In this document: one piece after another, positions 27,183 to 36,546 of the stretch
How positions within the stretch are numbered: position 1 is the first letter of the stretch
How the letters are laid out: every line of letters starts with the position of its first letter
Made by a program: the position numbers and the translations under genes
From: a virus
Lineage: Duplodnaviria > Caudoviricetes
Length of the DNA stretch: 45,489 nucleotides
Reading direction: 5' to 3' (one strand)
Virus record (IMG/VR): IMGVR_UViG_3300011429_000012
Coordinates: 1 to 45,489 of that record
Notes under the pieces: model-generated
Told to the model about the DNA's origin: nothing
The model's database searches: none
The model's input: the letters and a program-made list of their open reading frames with translations, nothing else

Positions 27183-29746
27183 TGCCTCAACAGCCAACTT
27201 CATTATTTCTCCGTATCTCATCGGATAGTCCTAAGACTCCGACTGAGCCGGATTTTGACCCAAATGAATTTGCTGATTTTGATCCTAATGAATTTTCTGT
27301 TGCTGTAGATCCTACTAAGAATGCTCCACCGAATGTAGTTAATCAGCAACCTGCTGAACAACCAGGAATGTTGAGATCATTATGGGATAAATATAATGCC
27401 CCTCTTACTACTGTTCCGTCTGAATTAGGTAGGGGATTAGCTAATAAAATTGATCCTATTGGAGCAGAAGCTGATAGGGGATATTTTAAACCATTCATGG
27501 CTGGTGCGGCTGAGGGATTAGGGGATGTAGTTAGTGGATTAACCTCTCCATCTAATATCCTTCCTACTATCGCAGGATATGGCGCGGCTAAAACTGGATT
27601 AAATAGTCTTGTTAAAGCTGCTAAGGGATTATCTGGATTACAAGGTGTTCATGGTGGAGAAGAAGTAATTAGACCAGATGCTACATTAGGCCAGCGCGCT
27701 TTTGGTGCGGCTGAATTAATGGGTGGTTTAGCTGGATTAACACATAATTATGCTAAACCTAAAGGAACTTCTAAACATATATCTACTGAACCACTTCCTG
27801 AATCATTTGGTCCTGATGCATATGCGGGGCCTGAACGTAGGGTAGAAACTAGAGTTCCATCTGAAGATGCTGTATTTAATGAATATAGAGAACGACTTGC
27901 TAGAGGTGAGGATGTAAGAAGTCCAGCATCTAAAAAATTATTAGAAAAGAAATCAGAATTAGATACAAGTAGAAAAGAAGCCAAGACTTTAGTTCGTAAT
28001 GGTATTAAATATGAACAGACTGGTATTAATCCAGATACGGGATTACCTACTTATAAGCCTGTTAAAACTGTTGGATTAGAATCTTCTGCGGAGAAAAAAG
28101 CTCAGTTTAGGGCAGTTCGTAATAGTGAAAAAGTAGGTGGATTTTCTGTTCCTAGAGAACCTAATAGTATAACTACTAATGCATCAGGTGAATCAATGGC
28201 ATCTGTTGAAGCTATAAATCGTCAGGCTTCAATGAAGGCTAATGGAAAGAAGTATGTTGTATTTGATCGTTCAGGTAAACCAAGAGATTTAATTGGACCT
28301 GAAGCAGTTGATTATAAAGCACGCCTAGGTGAAACTTATGGTGTGATGAATGCTGATGGTAATTTTACTCCTTTAGATAATAATGGTGGTTTTGTAAAAA
28401 GAACTATTAATCAAAAAGCTCCTTTACCTAAGGCTGATAATAATCAACCACCTAATCAGCCACCACCATCTAATCAACCATTAGCTCCGTCAGGTGGAAC
28501 TCCTCCACCTAAGAAGGAAATGGGTAAATTTGCTAATTTACTTAATGCAACTAAGACTCTTAAATCATCAATGGATTTCTCTGCTCCATTAAGACAGGGA
28601 TTACCATTAATTCATAAGGGTGCCTGGTGGAGATCCTTAGATGATATGGTAAAGGCATGGGGTTCTCAAGGGGCTTACGATAATATCATGAAGGAAATTA
28701 TTGATGATCCTTCTGGATATTTTAAGCCTGGTATTGATCCTGTAAGTAATAAACCAACACCATCTTATGCTGAAAAGATGGGATTAGATTTAACTGATAT
28801 TGTTCATAAAAGGGAAGAGGCCATGCTATCTACTATGTTAGATAGATATGTACCTTTAGTGAAAAGAAGTAATCGCGCTTATACGGCTTTCTTAAATAAG
28901 TTAAGGTCCGATTCATTTAAGACTTTAATTGATCAGGCTAAGAAGGCTGACCCATCTTTAGGTAATAATGATGTATTAGGAAAGAATTTAGCTAAGTTCG
29001 TAAATAATGCTACGGGTAGGGGTTCATTAGGTTCAATGGAGAAAGCGGCGGATATTATCAATGGCGCACTATTTAGTCCGAGATTAATATCTGCTAATGT
29101 TCAACGATTGAATCCAGCTAATTATATCTTTTCAGCTAATAAAGGGGCTAGGTTAGAGTATTTAAAGTCCATGATTGCTGTCTCTACCGCATGGACTACT
29201 ATGGCGGGATTAGCTAAATTAGGCGGGGCTGATGTAAGTCTTGACCCAACTAGTAGTGACTTTGGTAAGATTAGATTTGGTAATAGTAGAATGGACCCAT
29301 CTGGAGGATTACAAACTTATTTAGTCGCACTTGCAAGAATGACTCCTAAGAAAGTAGGGGATGAACTAGGTATAAAGACTGGTCAGTTTACCGCGCCAAT
29401 TAGGGAAGGGCAATCAAGACCTAAGACTTCTCAATATGGAACTGGATATCCGCCTAAGACTAAATGGGATGTAGCGAGTGATTTCGCATTTAATAAAGCA
29501 TCTCCACCTGCTAGGTTTGCAGGAGAATTACTTAAGGCGAGCGGTTATAAACCATTTAATACCTCCGACCAAATAGTTAGATTATTTATGCCAATGATTA
29601 TTGAAGATATGATTGAATTATATAAAGATGACCCATCTTCTATATGGATGTTAGGACCAGATGCATTAGGAATGGGTGTTCAGACTTTTGATAATGATAA
29701 TAAGGATACGTTATTTGGTTATAAAGAGCCAATGGCGATTAAATAA
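27182..29746 (+). CDS. large internal virion / ejection protein
   Basis: 854 aa, last gene of the arm; helical C-terminal domain (DFSAPLRQG, FSPRL, DPTSSDFGKI). Confidence 0.7.
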   Translation: MPQQPTSLFLRISSDSPKTPTEPDFDPNEFADFDPNEFSVAVDPTKNAPPNVVNQQPAEQPGMLRSLWDKYNAPLTTVPSELGRGLANKIDPIGAEADRGYFKPFMAGAAEGLGDVVSGLTSPSNILPTIAGYGAAKTGLNSLVKAAKGLSGLQGVHGGEEVIRPDATLGQRAFGAAELMGGLAGLTHNYAKPKGTSKHISTEPLPESFGPDAYAGPERRVETRVPSEDAVFNEYRERLARGEDVRSPASKKLLEKKSELDTSRKEAKTLVRNGIKYEQTGINPDTGLPTYKPVKTVGLESSAEKKAQFRAVRNSEKVGGFSVPREPNSITTNASGESMASVEAINRQASMKANGKKYVVFDRSGKPRDLIGPEAVDYKARLGETYGVMNADGNFTPLDNNGGFVKRTINQKAPLPKADNNQPPNQPPPSNQPLAPSGGTPPPKKEMGKFANLLNATKTLKSSMDFSAPLRQGLPLIHKGAWWRSLDDMVKAWGSQGAYDNIMKEIIDDPSGYFKPGIDPVSNKPTPSYAEKMGLDLTDIVHKREEAMLSTMLDRYVPLVKRSNRAYTAFLNKLRSDSFKTLIDQAKKADPSLGNNDVLGKNLAKFVNNATGRGSLGSMEKAADIINGALFSPRLISANVQRLNPANYIFSANKGARLEYLKSMIAVSTAWTTMAGLAKLGGADVSLDPTSSDFGKIRFGNSRMDPSGGLQTYLVALARMTPKKVGDELGIKTGQFTAPIREGQSRPKTSQYGTGYPPKTKWDVASDFAFNKASPPARFAGELLKASGYKPFNTSDQIVRLFMPMIIEDMIELYKDDPSSIWMLGPDALGMGVQTFDNDNKDTLFGYKEPMAIK

Positions 29747-30343
29747 TTACTTAGCGATAGGGAAGGAATCGTCATGAAAAAAGGCGGTTCCTTCCTGATA
29801 TATTAATACAGCTAGACCCCACATAGCAGCGGCTAAATCATCATCTATAATTGATTCCGTAACCATACGTGATCGAACATATTCCATATTAGTATTAGGG
29901 TCTGATAAGGCAACTCGAAATTTATTCATGTAATTAGTCAAATGATTCATTGTATGATTAATTACATCACTAGTTGGTAATCCCTTCTCCCAATTTCCTT
30001 CCCCGTATTTTAGCGCGCCCCCATCGGGCTTATTATTTTCATCTAACTTACCTGTAAATCTTTGTGCTAGTCTATCTAAAGCTACTTTAGGAATAAGATC
30101 ATAACGAGGCATCTTACTTGATCTTTTCGCGCCCGTCTCGAAATGAATCATTGACTCTACATTGTATCCTTTTGGTTCTATAGGCTGCGTCATATCCGCT
30201 TCTTTTACCTGCTTTCCATATTGCATAAACAGCTCTATCAATTCCTTCTCGAATTTTAATTCGTCTGAACGATTCCATAAGAAATTGTCTGAATGTCGCT
30301 GAAGAAGCGTATCCACCTTCTTTGCCAAGTCTTTTTCGTTCAT
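29747..30343 (-). CDS. dATP/dGTP diphosphohydrolase-domain protein (DUF5664-like)
   Basis: GAKR..PRYDLIP, GALKYGEGNWEKG, NH..NHL and DLAAAMWG motifs; real start may be ATG 30193. Confidence 0.85.
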   Translation of the reverse strand: MNEKDLAKKVDTLLQRHSDNFLWNRSDELKFEKELIELFMQYGKQVKEADMTQPIEPKGYNVESMIHFETGAKRSSKMPRYDLIPKVALDRLAQRFTGKLDENNKPDGGALKYGEGNWEKGLPTSDVINHTMNHLTNYMNKFRVALSDPNTNMEYVRSRMVTESIIDDDLAAAMWGLAVLIYQEGTAFFHDDSFPIAK

Positions 30344-30380
30344 TTGGTGTAGTTTCCTTAAAGTGTCTATATGGGGGCAT
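30114..30380 (-). CDS. basic hypothetical protein overlapping the diphosphohydrolase ORF
   Basis: ERKRLGKEGGYAS (KGG-like) motif; start overlaps the end of the upstream gene. Confidence 0.5.
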   Translation of the reverse strand: MPPYRHFKETTPNERKRLGKEGGYASSATFRQFLMESFRRIKIREGIDRAVYAIWKAGKRSGYDAAYRTKRIQCRVNDSFRDGREKIK

Positions 30381-30594
30381 ATTTATGCCATTTATAAAAA
30401 TTACGAATATAAATGAAACACATGCCTAATGTGGTAGGAAGAAGTCCCCACAGTTCTGAATGACTAATTATAGCTGCCCAAAGTATTTGATTAAATAATC
30501 CTAATAACCATGCTTTAGGAGACTTATTACCTGCCATCCACATAGTAGTAAGAGTAATAATTGATACTATCCACGGTAGTATTTGCCAAATCAT
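30367..30594 (-). CDS. small three-TM PnuC-like membrane protein
   Basis: W.LG..NQ.LW and IYIRNFYKW pattern; ATGA coupling. Confidence 0.65.
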   Translation of the reverse strand: MIWQILPWIVSIITLTTMWMAGNKSPKAWLLGLFNQILWAAIISHSELWGLLPTTLGMCFIYIRNFYKWHKYAPI

Positions 30595-30782
30595 ACCGCC
30601 ATTCCCAACCTTACCATCTTAATTCCACTCACATGTTTTTCTTCTAGTTTGTTATCATCAATCAATGACGACAGAGCGCGATCGTAATCTGCCTTATCCT
30701 TATATTTAGATTTTAACATATGAGACTGAATGATTTTCTGTTCTTTCATAAAATTCATGATTTCATCTTTAAGTAGGTTCAT
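30591..30782 (-). CDS. small winged-helix-like protein
   Basis: 63 aa; DRALSSLIDDNKL followed by a beta hairpin. Confidence 0.55.
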   Translation of the reverse strand: MNLLKDEIMNFMKEQKIIQSHMLKSKYKDKADYDRALSSLIDDNKLEEKHVSGIKMVRLGMAV

Positions 30783-31030
30783 GGTTCTACCTTTAAAATG
30801 AGTTCTACATTTTTGAAAAATAATCCATTATTAGGGCCTAATGATATTTGTGTAATAGATAAATCTCCCATACCGCGTTTAAATAATAATGTTTCTCTAT
30901 TCTTAATAGACCAATCAAATACTGCTTGACAACAATAACCATATGTTTCAGCATCTACATCATATGTTTCAGGCCATACTTTCTGTCCGAAGGTATCTTG
31001 AAAATGTTTATATAATTCATGTGATTTCAT
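30779..31030 (-). CDS. hypothetical protein
   Basis: ATGA-coupled ORF. Confidence 0.7.
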   Translation of the reverse strand: MKSHELYKHFQDTFGQKVWPETYDVDAETYGYCCQAVFDWSIKNRETLLFKRGMGDLSITQISLGPNNGLFFKNVELILKVEP

Positions 31031-31464
31031 AGCTTCAACAACCTTTCAATTACATCTTTACTAGTATGACCATCATAGGGTGGGGCAGTAAGTAATTCAA
31101 TTAAATTAAACTTATCCCAGTGTTCCATTTGATAATGAAAACTTATTAATTGTGGAGGTTTAGTTACATCTAATTGAGGAATAGTCATTCCTACTATAAA
31201 GTAACCATCAAACATAGTTCCATCTGAATGTAATTTACTTTTCCAACATCTAATTCTGGTGCCTAGAGGGGTAATATAAGTATCGTATATACGAAATAGC
31301 GCGACTGTTAGTGCGAGACGCATTTCATATAGTTCAGATAGGGTATGATAGCCATCTGATACTTCTATATCATCTCCTTGAAAAGTATGTGCTATAATTT
31401 TATTTCCATCTCTTACTTCTGTTATTTGTGATTCATTAGGTGTAAGAACAGTTAGTATGTTCAT
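31027..31464 (-). CDS. WDGH-domain protein
   Basis: SDGYHT..ELY..R, WKSKLHSDG, ISFH and YDGHT motifs. Confidence 0.8.
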   Translation of the reverse strand: MNILTVLTPNESQITEVRDGNKIIAHTFQGDDIEVSDGYHTLSELYEMRLALTVALFRIYDTYITPLGTRIRCWKSKLHSDGTMFDGYFIVGMTIPQLDVTKPPQLISFHYQMEHWDKFNLIELLTAPPYDGHTSKDVIERLLKL

Positions 31465-32684
31465 TTATTCTTCCCCGCAAGATATTCTCTCATTAATCTC
31501 ACTTGTTCATCAGGCATCGTAAATACCATCTTATGACCTTCTGCTACAGTATCTATCATACCTGTTGAACAAAGCCCATTCATTAATTCATCAAATTCAT
31601 CCGGCCCACCATAATGCATCCAAAATTTCTTCATTAGAACATCGCGCGCTATTCGATGACTAGTAGATGAAAGAAGTTCATTAATAATTAATCCTTTCAA
31701 GGGCGCGCTCTGAGATTGTCCCTTCTTACCCATCGTAGCGTGTCTTACATTACCTACTAATTTCTCACATATTTTAATCGCCAGGTCCATATCATCTATT
31801 GATATTGTTAATGATGTATCTCGGGATAGGCTCAATAACATCGCCACTTTCAATACGGAATCTCCGAATCGATTTAATGTTCCTGTGTCATCTTTAATCT
31901 CCATCTGATGAACTTCACTACGAAATTGTTGATACCAATCATCATAGAACTTACCTACAGGCGTAAGGTTGTTGTTCTCGTCGAATGTATCTGTAAAGGG
32001 TCCAGAAATTTTTGATATGTCCTTAAGATATTCAGCCAAAAGTTTAAGATCAGGTGGATTAGATAACTTTCGCATGAGAGAATTAATAGTCTGACTTTGA
32101 CTCTCATGTATAATGAACGTGCGCGCCAGGAATCCGCCTTGAATATCTTTCTTTCCAAAGAAATATTCCGCATGAGCTTCATTAATCCCTCCGAACATTG
32201 TAACTGTTGGATCTTTTAAATTGAAATTTTCCATCTTCAGGAGGGATTCCCATTCACCTACGTTATAATTACGGTCGTATAAATCTGTTAATATTGTTAA
32301 TGCCGCGTTATCTTCGACTAGTGAGGATGATAGTTCACTCGCACATATATAACCAGTCGATTTCATACTATGCGGATTACCTGACTGACCTGTTCCTAAT
32401 TTTTTTAATATCCCCTGAATCGAGCTGCGACCGCTAATAATTTTAGTATTATTGACAATTCGAACCAAATTCTTAGAGAGCGCGATTGGGGGGCCTTTCT
32501 TAAGCCCGGAGTCAGCATGAAGTATACAGAAAATATTAGGATATAAATTATAAGCTCCACCACGATTAAGCCAGACATTATCTTTCACCACTGCGCTTAT
32601 AGAACATAAACCACTCCACATCCAAAATGATGTAGGGGATTCCATTTCTTTGTGCTGGTCAACTAATTCCGTGAGCCAGGTCAT
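31461..32684 (-). CDS. DUF3987-like P-loop helicase
   Basis: ESP..F..WS, YPN...LHADSG.KKG, SELSS, LTDLYD and GGFLAR motifs; winged-helix-like C-terminus. Confidence 0.75.
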   Translation of the reverse strand: MTWLTELVDQHKEMESPTSFWMWSGLCSISAVVKDNVWLNRGGAYNLYPNIFCILHADSGLKKGPPIALSKNLVRIVNNTKIISGRSSIQGILKKLGTGQSGNPHSMKSTGYICASELSSSLVEDNAALTILTDLYDRNYNVGEWESLLKMENFNLKDPTVTMFGGINEAHAEYFFGKKDIQGGFLARTFIIHESQSQTINSLMRKLSNPPDLKLLAEYLKDISKISGPFTDTFDENNNLTPVGKFYDDWYQQFRSEVHQMEIKDDTGTLNRFGDSVLKVAMLLSLSRDTSLTISIDDMDLAIKICEKLVGNVRHATMGKKGQSQSAPLKGLIINELLSSTSHRIARDVLMKKFWMHYGGPDEFDELMNGLCSTGMIDTVAEGHKMVFTMPDEQVRLMREYLAGKNK

Positions 32685-32924
32685 TTATGAATCCACTGGT
32701 TCGATTTTTAATACTTCAGATTTTTGTGCGTGGCAAAGACAATATTCCCCAAATCCACGATTTTCTTTTTGCCTATCCCAATGATATGCTTGTATTGCTT
32801 CTAATATATTATCTGCACAAGATGTGCCTTCGTTGTATTTAAATTCTATATGATCTTTAGTAGCATATTCATCTTTCCAATATTCAACAGTTTCAAATAT
32901 GTGTCTTACCGTCACCTTTTTCAT
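32685..32924 (-). CDS. hypothetical protein
   Basis: Packed ORF in the operon. Confidence 0.6.
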   Translation of the reverse strand: MKKVTVRHIFETVEYWKDEYATKDHIEFKYNEGTSCADNILEAIQAYHWDRQKENRGFGEYCLCHAQKSEVLKIEPVDS

Positions 32925-33078
32925 TTATATTCTCCAAAACAGTAATCATGAAACATCTACAGTAGCCACATTTTGGGCCGGGTAAGTCGGTATCTAACTC
33001 ATTGAGACAATGAGGACAGACTACATGACGAATCTTTCTATTGTATTCAGTTGGTGAATCGGTGTATACTTCTTTCAT
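32893..33078 (-). CDS. Zn-ribbon protein
   Basis: CPHC...CGYC. Confidence 0.65.
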   Translation of the reverse strand: MKEVYTDSPTEYNRKIRHVVCPHCLNELDTDLPGPKCGYCRCFMITVLENINEKGDGKTHI

Positions 33079-33081
33079 GAT

Positions 33082-33279
33082 TCATTCTAATTCTAATTCA
33101 TCATTATTGTAATATTGATAATCAGGAATATATGCTTCGCAATTATCTGATCGATTTTCAAATAGAATCTTAGATAACTTATCACCAGGTATAGTTACTT
33201 CTCCAAAATAAGTATATCCCATACCATCATCAGTATCTGTATCTAACCATTTAACTCTATCGCCTGTTTTGAATTTCAT
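33082..33279 (-). CDS. SH3-like hypothetical protein
   Basis: MKFKTGDRV start; GGAG Shine-Dalgarno. Confidence 0.65.
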   Translation of the reverse strand: MKFKTGDRVKWLDTDTDDGMGYTYFGEVTIPGDKLSKILFENRSDNCEAYIPDYQYYNNDELELE

Positions 33280-33485
33280 ATTTTCAAACTCTCCAATTTA
33301 TATCGAAGTGTTCCTCGATAATAAAATTCAAGGGTATAGGGATCAATTAAATCCTCTAATACAGATTTAGTTAACATTTTAAATGTAGCTGTCGCGGATT
33401 CATAATTATTAATATCTAAACAACGGTCAAATCTTTCAGCATCTTTCTCATTTTGACATTTAAGGATGATTGTATAGTTCATCAT
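33276..33485 (-). CDS. hypothetical protein
   Basis: ATGA coupling to the polymerase. Confidence 0.6.
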   Translation of the reverse strand: MMNYTIILKCQNEKDAERFDRCLDINNYESATATFKMLTKSVLEDLIDPYTLEFYYRGTLRYKLESLKI

Positions 33486-35953
33486 ACCACCTTTTTATAT
33501 TTATATAGATTCATAAAATTATCACCTATCTCTACGTCCGATGGTATGGATAAGTTTGGGCGAGGTAAAGAACATACGGCAAAGTTGATTGGTCTTTCCA
33601 TTTCGAGCCTTGCAATGGGAATAAAGGCATCCACATCCTTTTCTGGAACCATGTATAATAACGCATCGTGACTTTCCATAATGAGACGGACTGGTAACTT
33701 ATACATCTTAATCCTAACGGCTGCATTCTTTGTGTTGTCAGATACAGCACGCTGAGGTAAGTAGGATAAAGCCTGACGTATAAGTTCGTCTCCATGTCTT
33801 TCAAAAAAGGATCTTCTTCCGCCAAAATCCGATTCGACACCGTATGGAAGTGGTGCAATAAGAGTTCTAGTCCTATTAATGATTTCTGTGACTTCTTTAA
33901 AATAGACATTTTGTATATTTGGACACATTCTATGAAATGTTTTCAATGCGGCATCAGCCATTGCTTCATCGATACGTATATCTATTTTATATTTTCTAGC
34001 TGAAGTATTTACTTCCGCCATAGCTCTACGTCCACGTGCTCCACGCTCTCCAGCATGTCGTAGAGTTTTTCCAAGGAATCTTTCAGAACATTCATATCCG
34101 AGTAACTTTTTACTATATTGTTCCTCAGTTCCTCCGAGGAACCATGAAGCTGTGAGAGCATGTATATCGTTGGTGTCGTAGAGTGCAAGCATTCTATCAT
34201 CGTTACTAAATCTTGACGTAACGCGAGCTTCAGCCTGGGATGAATCAATATTAACAAGGATATATCCCTTGTCAGGTCTATACGATCCTCTGACATCTTG
34301 CCCAATGTCTCCATGTTTCGTAATGGTTTGATAGGCAATGCCCATTGACTTCTTAACCTTTTTATTTTGAGCATTACGCATTTCAATTGCTGGCCTAATT
34401 GGTGGATCTTGTTGACCATTAGATGTTCTTCCTGTTTCTAAACATGGAAAACAAGTTGTTTTCATTCTTCCGTCATAATCTGGGAGGGCAAAGAGATAGG
34501 TGGAGATAGTTTTACTAACTCTTCTTCCTTCAAGAATAAGTTCAACGCCTCTACGATGTTCTTGATTTGTAAACGATTTGAGATTAAGAAGACTCGTAAG
34601 TTCTTCTTCTCCAGTTCCATTTCTTGCTGGTAATTTCCAGACATTATACAATAAGATGCTAACTTGTTTAGGCGAACGAAGATTAATTGGCACTTCAGCC
34701 AATCGATAGAGTTCATACGCAATACGCTCCTGCCAGGCTATATATTTTTTAAGAAGTAAGTCACGCATCTCATAATCAATAACGAATCCTGTAGTCTCAA
34801 TCTCTGCATATACTTCAGGGAGAGTCATCAGGAAATTACGATAGAATTTCTGTAAATTTAATTCGTTGAGGTCCTTATCCATCTCCTCATTAACTTCAAA
34901 TTGAACACATGAATCGCGCGCACAGCCAAGAAGTAAATCCTTTGGTTCCCCTTCATACATACCCTCATCTTTATAGAATGGTTCTTCTGTATATATGGAT
35001 GTATTAAAAGCCAATCCCTTAGGAAATTCAGGATTAATTGCAAATGCTTTAAGCATTAAATCATCGTAATGATTCTTTACTGAGAAACCTAATCTCTTAA
35101 GTTTATCACGGTCGTAATTAAAATTTTGACCAATAATACCAAAATTATTAAGAATCCACTGAATAAGTATCCAAATGTTAACCATATCCGAGTCTGGGGT
35201 GTTAATAATGGTGCTATCATTATTCCAGAAAGGGATAGAAATACCATGAGACCTAGAGAAAGCAAAACCAATGCAAAAAGGGATGCACTGTCCATGAGCT
35301 TCAATATCAGCTGAAACATTTAATTTTTCCTTATAACGATCTAAAAAGGCTCGAAGTTGCGCGCTATTTTTACAAATCTCTAATGTTCGTAATGGTGGTA
35401 GATATTCCTTGAAGGTACTCTGTTTAAGAGCGCGCTTCATATCCATTATCATTACATACTTATTCCAATATCCTTTAATTTCTGATGCTTCAGATGAACC
35501 AGTTAAATCGCGCGGATGATATGTTCCGACTACCTTAGTTCCATAGCCAGGTAGGATGGAACCTCTAAAGGATTGAATCTTAGTTTTTCCACTTATATAA
35601 GCTAATGATGTTCCGCCGAGAGTAAGAATACAATTGGGTGATACTGCCTTAATTTCATCTCTAAGATTAGATATTTGTTGTTCTAAATTTACACCTGATG
35701 ATTCAGCGCGCGTTTTGAATGGAATCTTTTTCTTTCCTATGTTTGGGGTTACATGGAATTTAGATAAACTGGTAACCCAACACGAATCTCTACTAATACC
35801 TGACTCTTTAAGAAGCTGGTCAAGCATCCTACCTGCTGAACCGGATAGAATTTTACCTGAATTAAGGTCATCATAGGATGGGCAATCAGTGATAATCATT
35901 AAATTAGCACCAAGCGCGCCCCCGCCGTATATTTCTCTCTTAATATCAGCCAT
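33482..35953 (-). CDS. polA: family A DNA polymerase with N-terminal uracil-DNA-glycosylase-like domain and 3'-5' exonuclease
   Basis: UDG-like SGSAGRML and TYHP; Exo I ADIE, Exo II GQNFNYD; TGRTS; motif A DSSQAEAR; motif C SHDAL. Confidence 0.92.
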   Translation of the reverse strand: MADIKREIYGGGALGANLMIITDCPSYDDLNSGKILSGSAGRMLDQLLKESGISRDSCWVTSLSKFHVTPNIGKKKIPFKTRAESSGVNLEQQISNLRDEIKAVSPNCILTLGGTSLAYISGKTKIQSFRGSILPGYGTKVVGTYHPRDLTGSSEASEIKGYWNKYVMIMDMKRALKQSTFKEYLPPLRTLEICKNSAQLRAFLDRYKEKLNVSADIEAHGQCIPFCIGFAFSRSHGISIPFWNNDSTIINTPDSDMVNIWILIQWILNNFGIIGQNFNYDRDKLKRLGFSVKNHYDDLMLKAFAINPEFPKGLAFNTSIYTEEPFYKDEGMYEGEPKDLLLGCARDSCVQFEVNEEMDKDLNELNLQKFYRNFLMTLPEVYAEIETTGFVIDYEMRDLLLKKYIAWQERIAYELYRLAEVPINLRSPKQVSILLYNVWKLPARNGTGEEELTSLLNLKSFTNQEHRRGVELILEGRRVSKTISTYLFALPDYDGRMKTTCFPCLETGRTSNGQQDPPIRPAIEMRNAQNKKVKKSMGIAYQTITKHGDIGQDVRGSYRPDKGYILVNIDSSQAEARVTSRFSNDDRMLALYDTNDIHALTASWFLGGTEEQYSKKLLGYECSERFLGKTLRHAGERGARGRRAMAEVNTSARKYKIDIRIDEAMADAALKTFHRMCPNIQNVYFKEVTEIINRTRTLIAPLPYGVESDFGGRRSFFERHGDELIRQALSYLPQRAVSDNTKNAAVRIKMYKLPVRLIMESHDALLYMVPEKDVDAFIPIARLEMERPINFAVCSLPRPNLSIPSDVEIGDNFMNLYKYKKVV

Positions 35954-36189
35954 TATAGTGGAACAATTCTACGATTAACAACATCAACTAATGTTTCAAA
36001 ATCAGGAGCCTTAATCATTGATGTGAAATGTAATCCATATGCATCTTCAGGTTTACTAACTATTCTATATGTAGTTCCATTTGCATCAATTAAATTTCTT
36101 TTACTGATATTAACTGTAGTAAGTTTATATTCTCGTCTCATCCATTCAAGAGTTGCTTCAAAATTAGATGAAAGGACTGCAATCATCAA
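35953..36189 (-). CDS. hypothetical protein
   Basis: TAATG coupling to the polymerase. Confidence 0.65.
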   Translation of the reverse strand: MMIAVLSSNFEATLEWMRREYKLTTVNISKRNLIDANGTTYRIVSKPEDAYGLHFTSMIKAPDFETLVDVVNRRIVPL

Positions 36190-36347
36190 TCATCCCCTTC
36201 CACGATAAATATGACTTTAGGAAAGTGTTCATTATTTCCTTCGACAGAACCAATTTCCCAATCAGTATCACTATGGTCACACCATAATCTAACTTCATAA
36301 TGAGGAGGGTGTTTCTTTAATTCAATTATTAATTCTTTAATAGTCAT
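36186..36347 (-). CDS. small hypothetical protein (MTIKELIIELKKHPPHYEV...)
   Basis: Manual translation, 53 aa; common phage MTxKELIxxL start; fills the gap. Confidence 0.65.
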   Translation of the reverse strand: MTIKELIIELKKHPPHYEVRLWCDHSDTDWEIGSVEGNNEHFPKVIFIVEGDD

Positions 36348-36544
36348 CATGGAGTCCGGGCGTATATTTTTTCTAGAATTTCTTCTTGTCTTTGACTTAA
36401 TTGCCTTCCACTCTTTAATTGAGAACTAAGACTATCAACAAATGTAGTTTCCCATGAAGTCAATTCATCAGATAATTCATTTTCAATTGTATCAATCCAA
36501 TCTTGATAAATCCTTGGATTCTGCGGATACCAAACTTCGGGCAT
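36347..36544 (-). CDS. hypothetical protein
   Basis: LTSWETTFVDSL...LSQRQ..ILEKIY, a recurring small phage protein pattern. Confidence 0.7.
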   Translation of the reverse strand: MPEVWYPQNPRIYQDWIDTIENELSDELTSWETTFVDSLSSQLKSGRQLSQRQEEILEKIYARTP

Positions 36545-36546
36545 GA

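Noticed and set aside
33453-35876. Many short ORFs inside or overlapping the polymerase gene
   Set aside because: Alternative-frame shadows; the polymerase frame is continuous with no sign of an intron or intein
29747-35953. Complete 2-aminoadenine (Z-genome) pathway
   Set aside because: No PurZ-like or HD-domain DatZ-like gene is recognisable
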